A DNA stretch of 64,000 nt from Nageia nagi. Lineage: Eukaryota > Plantae > Pinophyta. A program made the position numbers and the translations under genes. Below are positions 51,401-64,000 of the stretch, in pieces. The stretch covers positions 160,828,001 to 160,892,000 of the forward strand of contig JBITNC010000001.1 in assembly GCA_050084985.1 (NCBI GenBank). Reading direction: 5' to 3'. The stretch's first letter is position 1, and every line of letters begins with the position of its first letter. The notes beneath the pieces are model-generated. The model saw only the letters and a list, made by a program, of their open reading frames with translations. It was not told the origin of the DNA and did no database searches.

Positions 51401-54400
51401 AACGTTATTAAGTTGTTATGAAAAAGCGCGGAACAGAGTTCATACACATTTCATTTCCATGTTGAACATTTATGGCAATGATCTAAAAGAGGGAATGGAG
51501 TTTAGTCAGGTCATGAACTGAGATTTTGAGACATAGAGAGCTCCTATGCGAACGTTAATTCACCCACAATTACGTTTAACGATTATTCATGGTTTGAGCC
51601 CAACAATAAATTTTGAAACTTAAGAGACTCTATCAAAATGTCAAAAGAAACTAACTCGATTTACAAAAATTATTATGCAAGACAGAGAGTTCCATGATGA
51701 ATCCCGCCCAACTGATAACAAAATAAGATTTGTTGTAAAATATAATAGCTCATATTCATCAATGCCAGTAAGACTCAGCCAAACGGTTCCACTTCGACGT
51801 CTAAGGTGGTTGAGATAACTAAATCATGAGCATGCTACGTAAGGGGACGATACGAAAGCTAAACATGATAACAAAAGTCTATTGGTATATTCAGTATAAA
51901 GCAATTACAATAAAGTTGATCAAAGGTTTCAAAGCCTCCCAAAATAAACTCTAAATTGGGCTGAGACATTAAGATAATATTCATACAATATTACACAGGT
52001 AGGAAGGCTCTACCTGATCCAAGACATCACAACATTCTTCAATAATGGATATGTGAGCTTAGAAACAAAACTCAGCTCTGGAATATAATAGCGAAGGATG
52101 CCTTCCAAAGTCCTCAAACATACAATGAAATTCAAGAGAGTGCCTTTAAGGATATATGTACACCGTTAGGGAATGAATACAACTGTGATGGGATGATCCG
52201 CACCCATGGAACCCCAGCAAAAATTCATCTTTCTCTAAAAATTTGTGAAAATAAACCCAAATCAAAGTCATCTACTTCTTGAAAGATAATAGAGGCTTGT
52301 CGTCTCCTAAAAGTATTACAGACATTAAACCACACTTTCCCCAACTGAAGCAGACCTGTCCCATTCTGAGACAATTCTTCCCATGGGGTTCCAAAACTAC
52401 TAACATCCACCAAGACTGAGAGAATAGCTTGATTCAGAACGGAAAAGCATCGACATATTAAATATTCTAAATAAAGCAAAACACAAATTATCTCAAGCCT
52501 CCCGTACTCACATACCCTATGGGGAATCTGATAAGAAGGGGAGAGGAATCCCATTCGTAGAGGATAAAGGCTTGTAAAACAAGCAATGCAAAAGTCATCA
52601 ACCATTATAATAATATTAAAACACTTTAAAATAGTTTTATTTGACTATCATCTCTCTTCGTAGCCAGAAGAATACACGTAAACGTGAACAAAAGTGTACA
52701 ACACCACTCACATGCCATAAATATGAAATTTAAGATAACCATATTGTGAATATGGTTTATAACACTCAACACATATTCAAGAGATAAAATTATAAATTTT
52801 AACAATTAAATGCTAAAATTAGGAAGAGTACAGGATTTTAAAAAATTGGGGAGAAAGAGAGAAAGTGGAATCTCCTCCTTGCAGGAGAATCAAGACCAAA
52901 CTAAATGGTATGGAATTATTTTCATGAAACTGAAAATTTATAGGAAAGATTGGAATAATAATTCCAATGGAAATAACTATAGCACACCTCTTCACCTTTT
53001 ATTTTATAGGGAATATGGTGATCCCTTTTTGTGGTGAACTTTATTCAACATTTGTTCTAATGTCAAAGGGTTGAAATAGCTCTCAATAATTTAGAGACAC
53101 CTCGTGCAAGGTTCCAGAATAAATTGGAGGATGGGATATATATAGATTTGGGGTAGGTCAATTATTTTTTACCAACTTACCTTGAAAATAATATTTTTCA
53201 CTAGCTCAATAAAATTAATGGAGGTGAAAAAAAGTACTATGGTATAAACATAAATCAAGGTATCAAGATGATTTTATTTTTCTTTTGTAAATATTTAATT
53301 TACCGTGCTATTTAAAATTGAACAAAACATTTTTGCACACAATCCTACGTGAAGAGATCACCCATCCTGTAAGGTAAATTTCTTAGTGCACACAAAATAT
53401 CATAGGGGTCATACTTCATGCACACCAATTATCATGAAATGCATCTACATGATTTATGGTAGCCCTTATGGGCTGTCAACAATTAAATGACTAATCATCT
53501 TCTCACTCTTACCTATTTGTTCTCATGACCAACTCATCTTTGGTTACTTGGTTCTCTAATCTAACTCTCCTATTAAGTCGACCTGTAATCTACATCATAC
53601 ACAATCTCAAAGCCAACATCAAACCGATAAAAATATCATACACAAGCATGTCCAATTCATCTCATCACACAATTATTCTAAATTTATTTCAAATTCCTCG
53701 AAGTAAACAAGATCATAGCAAGTGTGAAATGGGTGAGTTGTTACAAACCACATTTAAAGAATGCATTTGGAATGGCCCCATCAAATACAAATGTATAAGT
53801 TTGAGTTTTTATTTAGCTTTTTGTGTAATGTATATAAATTTTATCCTTGGTTATTTTGATAAGATGCATATTTCACATAAACCACCATATACATTAACCT
53901 TAGGAATACCAACTACCATTTCTTTATTATACATATCTAGCATATTTTTGTAATTCAAATGCTCTAATCTAGCATGCCAAAGTTTTTAACTATCATCAAC
54001 ATACATTACAAGGCAATTCTCACCTCTTACAAGTTGAGGATAAAGTGCATATAAGTTATTTGAGAGCATACCTTCTCCAATTATTTCTCCTTCTCCATTT
54101 TTTTTATAAAGCATCCATTATCCTTGAATATTCTTGCCTTGTGAAACAATTTTCCTTACAAATATAAGGTTAGTAGGAAGGTTAGGATATATAGAACTTT
54201 ATTTAGAATATTTTTGCCTATTCTAACACTTCCTATACCTTCAACTATGATTTGGGAGTTATCCCCAACTGTAACAACACCATTATAGTCTAAATCTAGG
54301 ATAATAAAATGAGATTTGGAGTAATACATATGATTAGTACATCCTAAATTAATAATCTAAATATTTGAGTTTAAATCTTTATTACAAAATGTTAGATAAG

Positions 54401-55651
54401 TAACCATTGCTACATATGGAGTTTTAAGAAATTTCTTACAAATCACCTTGCATAATCCACTTGTTTGATTTTTTTCATGCATCCTAGGCTTCAAAATGTT
54501 ATAATTAGTCCCTTCAAGTATATTCTTTGGGACAAAATTAGTCACATCATTAGAACCTATTTATTGTTATAAAAATATGGTTAGTACATTTTATAATTAT
54601 TGATTTTTAAATGTACTAAGTCAAGCAAATAAATATATCATTTTAATTACCAAATGAAAAATATATACTTAACAAAACAATTTAAAATTCTAAAAAAAAT
54701 ATGATATAATATCATGAATTTATAAAATAATATTATAGAATAATATTATTTTTATGTTTTTCCCTCCTTTAAAACAAAATTAGTTTTATGTAAAGTATAA
54801 GTCTAAAATTATACTTATTTAAAGGAGGTATATATCTAATTTATGTAGATACATAACATTTTTTTATTAAAAAAAATAAATAACTTAAGTTTAACTATAG
54901 GTTATAAAACCTCTTCTTTAGTTCTTGATAAGTAAAAGTTACTTTTTGAGAAAAAATTTCACATTCTGAAAAACTACATGGACTATGTAAAAATAAAATT
55001 ACATAATTACTTAAAAAATACAGATTTATAAAAAAGTAAAAAAAATTTATCATAAAATTTTAAATTAAAATGTCTCATTTTTCTACTTTTGTGTGAAACA
55101 AAAATAACAATATAAAATTTACTTAACACTTATTAAAATTGTATTTTTAAAATGTTTTTATTTTTTTAAATTGTATATATAAGCGGCTAGGTGGATGCCA
55201 TAGCAACTAGAGGATGTCCCCATACGCTATACGACTTGATGGCTGCAATTGCTATGGATTTCATTTCTAGGGCACACAATTTTTTTTTAATTTTATAATA
55301 TAACTTTAATTTTTATTATATAAAACATTAGTGTACGAAATTAGCGAGGATATCAATAATTGTTATAATAGATATAACAATAAAAATATTTCTTAAAAAA
55401 TATAAAATTTTGAACATTATCAACATAATATTTAAAAAAGGATATATATTAAAGATTTTAAAAAGTTAAAATTAATACGTTTTAAATAAATTATTATAAT
55501 TTTGTGAACAAAATTATCTTCATATATTCTTTTTTTTTTTAAATTACATAAAGTATACATTTTTTAATTTAAATAACACAATATTTAACTTGTAGGAATT
55601 ATAGAAATAAAATGGTAGGGTTTCATATACTCATGAGACATCAAACTTGAT

Positions 55652-56217
55652 GCTCTGATACCACTTGAATGAAGAGAGTTTTCCAATAGAGTAAAAATAG
55701 CAACAAAATAATATTAACCCAAAATACCCAAATAGTTAATATTATGAGATAAACATTAACATTAATATATAGATGTAATTTTAAACATTTAACAAGATTA
55801 AACTCAAGAATCCAAACCACATAGCACAAGATATACAGTGGTTCACCCAATTGCTTAGGCTAGTACACTTTACCAAAGATCCTCTCTCTTATTTTATATT
55901 AGGACAACCTTGATCAAGAGTATAATAGCTTTCAAGAGACAAAATATATTTTTTGCATTTCAGTAGTAGCCTACAACCACCCATAGCTCTCCTATAAATA
56001 AGAGAAAATATGGTTGTTGTAAACTAGGAGTTAAGTGGAAGTGAAAAGGATACATATCCTTTCACTCTCCATTATGTACCACTAAGGAACAAGTGTCCAT
56101 CCATGAACGCCTATATGTTTGCCACATGTCAAACCATGACTCCAAGTCCTCTCCACTTGCTACCAAATCATCCATGCATGTCATCTTTGACCATAATATT
56201 GGTTTGATTGTTAAATA
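55652..56217 (-). mobile_element. truncated 5' LTR plus tRNA-Met PBS
   Basis: GCTCTGATACCA (minus-strand TGGTATCAGAGC) at 55652-55663 and LTR end at 55666. Interrupted at 56218 by a Copia LTR. Confidence 0.75.
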
Positions 56218-59200
56218 TGAAGGGATTGAACCTTAAAGAACTCAATCCTAGACTACCAAGATCTCTTGTAAGTTCACTCAAACATCAATTTACTCAAATA
56301 TATATCAATATCACAAATTGACACAAGATATAAAGTGGTTCCTCCAACTAAGATTACATGCACTATCTAAGATCTTTCTTACTTCATGAAAATAACTCTC
56401 TTACAATATTTCTATCTTCATCTTCTAATTACTATCCCAGAGCATAACTTTGCTTCACAATTTTGGTGAGTGATCACAAAGAGGGGGCCTTCTGTTTATA
56501 GGCCAAAATCCTTTTTTATATCACCCTTTTTAACCATTATACAAAGACATGACATGCTACTCCCTTTTACCCAAGGGGCATGCTCATGAGATGGAGTATG
56601 TGACAAATTACATTATCATATTCATTTAAATACTTAAGGTATCTAGGGATACCTTTAAGTATTAGTGAATTTACAAAGAGGAACATTACAAAACCTTACA
56701 ATAATATATTATATATTCCAACACTCCCTCTTAATGCAATATTGGGATAGTGTGAAGAAGAGAGAAGAAAAGGATAGTAAAAGAGTTCTCCTCCATTTAG
56801 ATACAATCAAAGATGAGAAATTTTTATATTTTTGTGAAGTAAACAAGATCTTAGTTTATATCTCACTACTTTACCAAATGATTTTCAATACAATCATTAA
56901 CCATAATTGGTTTCAATGTACATAAAATAATCATCCAATTGAAAGTTGATGTGAAGAGCCTCAATGAGTCTACACACCTAAAGTAAGTAACTTGCAATCT
57001 CAAAAGAGACCTACAAGTTACAAGCAACTCAAACAACAAAATCAGATAAATGCAACATGAACACATTCATATCATCAAAGATAAATGAATTAAATAATGC
57101 TATCAAAAATTGATCAATGGTACACTATAAGTCATCATGAAGATTCCAAGTCAATACTTATAGTCACCTATTGTATACAAAATATGTGTTGATTATCATT
57201 ACAAAATAGAGCATAACAAGATGCACATACGAGTTCCTCACACATGGATAACTAAATAGTGCTAAAAAATAGATATGAGTTCCTCACATATAGATAACTA
57301 AATAGTGCAAAAGATGGCCAATTAAATGCTTAAAAAAATTGTACAACAAGTTCCTCACACAGAACAAATTTACCATGAAGGTGTATAATAAAAACAACAC
57401 TATACAAAAAAAATCCTCCTTGGGGTGAAGTTATCATCACAAATATAAATTCAACGTAATAATTCAAACTTCACTCTCCCTTGAGGGAAACTTCACCAAC
57501 CTGATAGCATCCTTAATCTTATTGACCTAAGCTTTAGAAAGGAGCTTGGTGAAAAAATCAATGGATTTCAAGGTTGATGGACAATACTTTAGGTGTATGA
57601 TACCATCAAGAATCATTTTCCTGATTAAATGGACTTAGATTTTCACATATTTTATTCTTTAATAGAACACATGATTCTTAACTAAAGAAATATCCAACTG
57701 ATTATCTGAAAAAATTAGAGATAGGCCAACTTTCTCATACTTAATTTTTTTCAAAATATGCTTAAGCCAAATAGCTTCTTAGACTACAACAAACATGTCT
57801 TGGTATTCATATTCTATGGTGGTAAGAGAAATAGTAGGCTACTTCTTGGAAGCCCAAGAGATAGCACCTAAACCAATGCAAAACACATAGGTAGAGGTTG
57901 ATTTTCTATCATCTCTATCTCCCTCATAAATAAAATTTGAGAATTTTGAGAGAACAAATGAGGATAACTTGGAATACTTAAGAGCAAGATCCTTGGTCCT
58001 TGCAACATACCTTAAGATTTGCTTAACAATATTAAGGTACTCAACATATCATTTCTGTATGAATCATTCCATCAGATTCATTGTAAAGGTAATATCTAGC
58101 TTGGAAATAGTCAAATAAAGAAGATACCAATTAATTACCTATAAGTTGAGAGTTAAAGCTAAGGGAAATAGTGATTTTAGGAGAGATTGAGATCATAGCA
58201 TTTCTACACTCCTTCATTCCAAACTTTTGCAAGATGTATGATACATACTTGGATTAACTAAGATAAGTATAATCTTTGTATTGGTACATTTGCATTCCAC
58301 GGTAGTAGTGTAAGAGATCAAGATCAATCATTTCAAATATTTTCTTAAGTTTAGATATGCACTCTTGAATGATTTTATCATTATTCTCAGTTATTATAAG
58401 ATCATTCACATAAAAGAGAATCAATATCACGTATTTTTCTTAATTGAGCATATATAGATCAGAGACAGAGAAGCACTTAGAGAATCCAATGTCTACAAAG
58501 TATCATGAAATCTTCTTGTACTAGGCTCTAGGTGCTCACTTAAGTACATATAATGACTTCTTTAGCTTGTATACAAATGATTCTTTTCTTTTCATAATAA
58601 ATCCTTATGATTGATTCATGTAGACTTTCACATCTAAGTCACCATTGAGAAATTCACTCTTGATTTCAAGTTAAAAAGCTTTCCATCCCTGAGCTATTGA
58701 AAGAGAAAGGATTATTTTGACAGTAGGTATCCTTGCTATAGAAACAAAGCTTTTCTTATAATTCATTTCATATTTTTGAGTAAAACCTTTGGCCATTAAC
58801 CTTGTCTTATATTTCTTAATATTTTCAATTGAATTGAATTTGACCTTATAGATTCACTTATTACCAATCACATTCTTTTCATTAGGATAAGGGACCAAAT
58901 CCCAAGTTTTATTTTTCATAAGTACTTTATACTCCACTTTGATGGCTTCCATCCAACATTCATACTTTGAAGCTTCTTTGAATGATGAGGGCTCATTTTT
59001 GTTATCAATTTTGGTAAATAATGATTTATTCAAGGTCATGCTCCTATTTATTATTTATGTTTAAGAATTTTTCTTCTAGGATGACTTGTCTGCATCAATA
59101 TCCAACCAATTAAGTGCAATTGATGAATCATCTAGATCATCAACATCCTCATTAGAATCATATTCTTCAAGAAGTTCATTAAAATTTACATCCCTTGATA

Positions 59201-61855
59201 TGAACACTACTCTATAGGATGGAGAATAGATCATATAGCCTCTATGCTAACTATCATAACCAACAAAGATGCATTTTTCAACTTTTTTATCTAACTTTTT
59301 TTCTTTTCTTAGAAATAATATAGGAGAATGCTTCACGACCAAACACCCTAAGGTGGGAAATGCTAGGTTTTATTCCTATCCATACTTCAAAAAGATTTTT
59401 ACCTACAATAAATTTTATGGAATACGTATTCAAGATGTAAATTGTAGTGCTCATAGTTTCATCCCATAAGAAACTAGGAATATTTATCAACGTGCATCTA
59501 ACCATCTTCATAATTATCTTATTTTTTCTTTTGGTAACACTATTTTGTTGAGGAGTGTAAGGAATCATAAACTACATCTTGATTTCATACTTAATGCAAA
59601 AGACATTAAAATCATTACTATTATATTCTCTTCCATTATCTGATCTCAACATCTTGATTTTAAGGTTAGTTTGATTTTCAACTAAGGCCTTGAAATTTTA
59701 AAACTCTTAAAGGTTTGATCCTTGTGCCCAAATAGATATCCAAATGTCATCATACTGAAGTCATCAATGAAGGTTAAGACATAAGATGCTCCTTCAAGCG
59801 ACTTGGTCTAAAATGGATCCATCAAATCTAAATGCATAAGCTGAAGAGATTGAGATGCCATTATTGCTTTATCTTCTTCAAATCTTTATCTATTCATCTT
59901 ACTTAAGATGCACTTTTAACTTAAACCAATTGAATAAAAAATTAAAGGTAAATTTTTCACAAGTTCTTGATATTTCATGACTTGAATACTCTTATGGTTA
60001 AGATGCCTTAAATGTTAATGCCAAAGATTGCCTTTAGAATACACATTTATAGCAAGACACATCTTTGTTGAAATTTGATCCATAATGTAAATATCATCTT
60101 TCATTAACTCTTTAACTAATGTGGCAAGTTCTTTCTTAATGCACCAGGAGTGTGAGTTGAACTCAAATGAGTATCTTTTTCTTGCAACTTGAATCACGAA
60201 GAGAAGGTTCATTCCAAGCATATGAACATAGAGCACATTTTTAAGAATCTTTCAATGAATCAACACACTTTCAATTATTTGTAATTAAAGAATTGAATTA
60301 TCACCTATCAATACTTATGAAAATTTTCAAACTTATCCTTTTTAAAGCATAGGTGATTAGTGCATCCAGAGTCAACAATCTAATCGATTGAGAAGGAGCG
60401 AGTCAAGGAGTAGAACATAACAACAATTCCATATTTTATATTCTTTTTCCTTTTGAAGTTATTTACATTTCCATTACCCTTATTCTTTTCTTCTCTTTTC
60501 ATTTTGTAGGAATTAAATTATTTATGACCATAGATGCCATAAAAGTTACAATTTCCATCGAACTTTGCCTTAAGATTTGGTTTGCTTGCTTTACCTTTTC
60601 CATCTCTTTGCTTGTAATTGTTGTTGTTGCCCTTTTTCTCAAACTTATTGGAAGAGAAAGAATAATATTTCTATTGATGATTGAGCTTCTTCTTAAAAAG
60701 AGTTTTGGTTGCTCTTAGAGAAACATTATTATTCTTTATAGAAGAGATCAACACCCTTTTGTTTAGAGTTTCCTCCTACTTCAAAAGGAGCCTATAAAGA
60801 TTCTAAATGAGAATTTTTCTTCATCATCAAGCCTAGTCTCAATTATAGTTACAAAGTTATTAAACTTTGAAGAAAGGCTTTGGAAAATGATGAAGACTAT
60901 AAACTCATCATTGATCTAATTGCACTCACAAGCAATAAGTTGCGTCCTAAGGTTAATGATTTTATTCAAATAGATGGTAATATTTTAATATTCCCCTTGA
61001 CAAGATTGAAGTAACTTTTGGAGAATAGTGAACCTTCTTGAAAACTTAGATCCAAGGTAAATTTTCTTGAGCCTATCCTAAGCTTCCTTTGCTAAGGTTG
61101 ATGACAAACTCATAAGAAGCACTTCATTAGATATTAAAAATAAATCATAAAGGTTATCAACTCATTCTTCATATTGTATGTTTTAAGTGCCTTCTCATCT
61201 ATAGAAGCAACTAGCTCCTCATTAACTATTTGCCAAAGTTTTCTTGCTTGCAATTCAGCTTTCATTTGAGGTTCCTAAATACCAAAGTTGGAACCATTGA
61301 GAATGTGCTTAGGTAATAACGTATCTCCCATTTGCTACACAAAAATGTGAAAGTGTTAACCCATATAAGCATGTGGAATAGATTATCCAACTTTATATGT
61401 TTATTTTAAAACATCCATAAATATTTTAAAAAACAACCATACATGTTAAGTTTGATAAAAATACATGCTTAAATTGTTAAATAAAGTTAACATGTGCAAA
61501 TAGAAACTCATAATACATACCATGTATCCAACATTTTTGTCATCACCAAGTACCATAAATGTAGAGGGATAATGTTGAAGCTTGTTTTCTTGTCTAAAAT
61601 TAGGCTTTCACTTGGATTCCTGTAAGGTGGATCCCAGGTCCTACCAATCCTTAACCAGTTCACCTTGGGCAATAATATAATCTTACAAGGAGTACTAACT
61701 ATTTTTTAAAGTTATGATGTATATTGGATCAACCAAATTATTAATCTTGATTAAGTTTCAAGTATTTATCTTAGGTTATCAAGATAATCCTTGAATGGAT
61801 GTGTGAACATGTGGTATCACTACACACATGTCTATCCACCAATTGGAGTTATGTC
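56218..61855 (-). mobile_element. Ty1/Copia retrotransposon (3' LTR 56218-56723, PPT, internal region; 5' LTR not in window)
   Basis: LTR TG..CA termini, PPT TTAAGAGGGAG on the minus strand at 56724-56734, and gag-PR-IN-RT-RH order. Confidence 0.92.
57470..61331 (-). pseudogene. Copia gag-pol polyprotein, decayed
   Basis: MGDTLLPKHILNGSNFGI (gag), IVDSGCTNHL (PR), LWH (pre-IN), IKMLRSDNGREY and PYTPQQN (IN), EPSSFKEA..NKTWDLVP and LFYVNDLII (RT), DRKSTSTY (RH). Confidence 0.93.
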
Positions 61856-62354
61856 TATTGGAATGTATAATGCATTATTGTAAATATTTTGCAATAATCC
61901 TCCTTATAAATTCACTAATACTTAAGGGTATCATTAGATACCTTAAGTATTTAAGTGAACATGATAATGTAACTTATCCTACACTCCATGTCATGAGCAT
62001 GCCCCTTGGGTAAAATGGAGTGCATGTCATGCTTTTGTACATTGAGTAAAAAGGTGATTCAAAGAGAAATTTTGGCCTATAAATAGAAAGCTCCCTCTTT
62101 GGATCAACCATAAATTTATGGAGTAAATTTATGCTAGTTTATAGTGTTTAGGAGTTGAGTTTAGAAAGATTGTAAGAGTTCTTATTTGTGAATTAAGAGA
62201 GATCTAGTTAGTGGATGTACTCCTACTTGGTGGAACCACTTATATCTTGTGTTATCTCTATGAGATTGCTTTGTGAGTTTGTTATATATGATTTGTGAGC
62301 TTACATATGATTTTGGGAGTTTAAAGTTATTTATGTTATATTGCAACTCCTTCA
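61856..62354 (+). mobile_element. 5' LTR of a second, oppositely oriented element of the same Copia LTR family (continues off window)
   Basis: Homologous to the reverse complement of 36466-36969 and 56218-56723; contains TATA CTATAAATAG and is followed by a PBS. Confidence 0.9.
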
Positions 62355-62356
62355 TT

Positions 62357-62368
62357 TGGTATCAGAGC
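62357..62368 (+). promoter_or_regulatory. tRNA-iMet primer-binding site
   Basis: TGGTATCAGAGC lies 2 nt after the LTR end. Confidence 0.92.
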
Positions 62369-63766
62369 TCCTTGGAAGCTTCTCTTCACATCCTTGGTTT
62401 GGAAGATTTTTTTCTTGGTTTGGAAACTTTTCTTGTTGAGGTAAAACTAAGAGAAGATATAATATCCTTCCTTCTTGGTTATTGTTGGAGTATTGTATTT
62501 AGCTACTAGCATGTTATTTTTTTATGTGTTACTTCCTTTTTCTTAGCAAAATATGCCTAACAAATTGCAATTTTTTTTCTACTAACCCCTTATGTTACTT
62601 GTAATTTTTTTTAAATTCCTACAATTTAAAAAAAAAAAAGAAAAAGAAAAAAGAAAATGGGGTTATTATATATAATTTTTATTACAAAAACAATATTACA
62701 AAATTTGCTACAATATTTTTTTAAGGAATAATTTTTTTTTAAATGATTTTTAGTAAGCTTTATTTGCAAATTAGTGTACATATTACAATATATTTTCTAC
62801 AAAAGGGGGAGGTATATTGCTTTTATAAAAAAAGGGGGAATACTATTTTTTTCCTCCTTACAACTTTTTATTTCAATTATAATTTTTATAATATTTGGAG
62901 GGAGGTCTTTTTTTTACAAAAATAATTATTCTTTCAATTTTTTTTCAACCTTGTTATCACTGTTTGGGTAGCACTCTAGGGTTTGATTTATGGGTTGTTA
63001 GAATAAGGTCTGCCACATGTTATGCACTTATAGCCCTTCATTTGGCCCTTACATGTCCCTTGCATAGCTCCACTTGTACCCTCACTATTGGTTTCATCTG
63101 TATTCCCTCTTATCATAGCTCTTCTCCTACTCATCTCCCTACTCTACCATGATCTTTGCATGCCTCCTCTCTTGCAATTCTATCCAGCAATGAGAGGAGA
63201 AGCTAAAGTGGAGCAAACACAAGTGAAGGAGTAGAGCATGTCCTATGATGGGTGGCTCCCTCTTGGCCCCATTGCTCCACACTTTTGATCCTCTTGCACC
63301 CCTCTATCACCTTTCATTCATCTACCCCTCTTCTCCATTGTGTAGACCTTCACCCTCATCATTGGCAGTGGCCCCTTCTTATTTGTTTGCAAACCCTTCT
63401 CTTTAGTATGTAGCCCTTCATTTCTATGCATAGCCTCCCTTAATTTATGTGCATAGCCTCCACATTTAATATTTTTTAATGTTAAGATGGGGCATTTAAT
63501 TTCTTGCATGGCTTTCCTGCTTAGCATTTTTTTCCTTTTTTTTTTCTTTCAAAAAACCCATCATCACTCACTTGCCAACTTAATTACATAAAGTGGCATG
63601 AGGATTACCTCCCTTCATTTAATTCCTTGCAAGAATTGTAGATAAGTTAAATGATGGTGCTTTTATTTTTTTTCTTGTACTTAGTCAAGTATGTAATTTG
63701 CTTAACCCATCATTCCCTTTCTTTACTCTAGGTTAGACTCATTAACCATGATGAGTTAATTTTAAA

Positions 63767-63791
63767 ATATATATATATATATATATATATA
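63767..63791. repeat. (AT)n microsatellite
   Basis: AT dinucleotide run. Confidence 0.9.
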
Positions 63792-64000
63792 GTTTTTATT
63801 TTCTAAGTATTAAGAGGACATATGTTTACTTATTAAAAAATGGAGGATTTTTTTATTGAGGAGTATAAAATGTTTTTTTCCTTGATAAATGCTTATAAGT
63901 ATGGCAGTTCACTTAGGCATAATGATAATTATTAGTGTAAAAATGACTTTTTTTTCAAGGTAAAACTAGTTTTTTAACCTAAGTATCTAGTGATAATTTC

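Noticed and set aside
52150-52260. Jacalin-like C-terminus (LLGFHG..IHSLTVY) on the minus strand
   Set aside because: Motif too short, and the upstream frame lacks other jacalin features.
52860-53120. LINE RNase H remnant (KWNLLLAG..KLNG); similar weak IEGD motif near 2180-2200
   Set aside because: Only a few matching residues; not supportable by eye.
53525-53953. 142-aa ORF as a gene
   Set aside because: No recognisable motif or splice context; likely a chance ORF.
55190-55262. miRNA-like hairpin CCATAGCAA...TTGCTATGG
   Set aside because: Stem is only about 9-10 bp, too short for a plant pre-miRNA.

Overview
AT-rich, strongly CpG/CHG-depleted plant intergenic DNA, most likely a large gymnosperm-type genome (inferred from the decay pattern and the style of the PPR fragments). 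There is no intact protein-coding gene; the window is a stack of decayed, nested transposons. Main components: (1) a probable giant MULE-like DNA transposon body (~8.9-39.1 kb). It has a minus-strand SWIM/MULE transposase pseudogene facing a plus-strand accessory pseudogene built from a tandem array of in-frame micro-exons, a complete C-terminal domain of the plant C2-NT/At3g11760 family (putative cysteine protease) and a Tnp1/En-Spm-like exon; a palindromic minisatellite lies between the two genes. (2) A 17.5-kb Tat/Ogre-like Gypsy element with both LTRs (17023-34558, TSD GATAG) inserted in that minisatellite, with an internal pol deletion and an antisense plant-mobile-domain ORF. (3) A solo Copia LTR (TSD CATTT) splitting the transposase. 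(4) A cluster of host-gene exon fragments (annexin, ribosomal S2/uS5, PPR, ADP-ribosyltransferase-like) at 39.5-43.1 kb. (5) A second, classical MuDR remnant followed by a pol-less Tat-like remnant. (6) A three-level Copia/LTR nest at 55.6-64 kb. Family calls come from manual translation and recall of motifs; no database searches were run.
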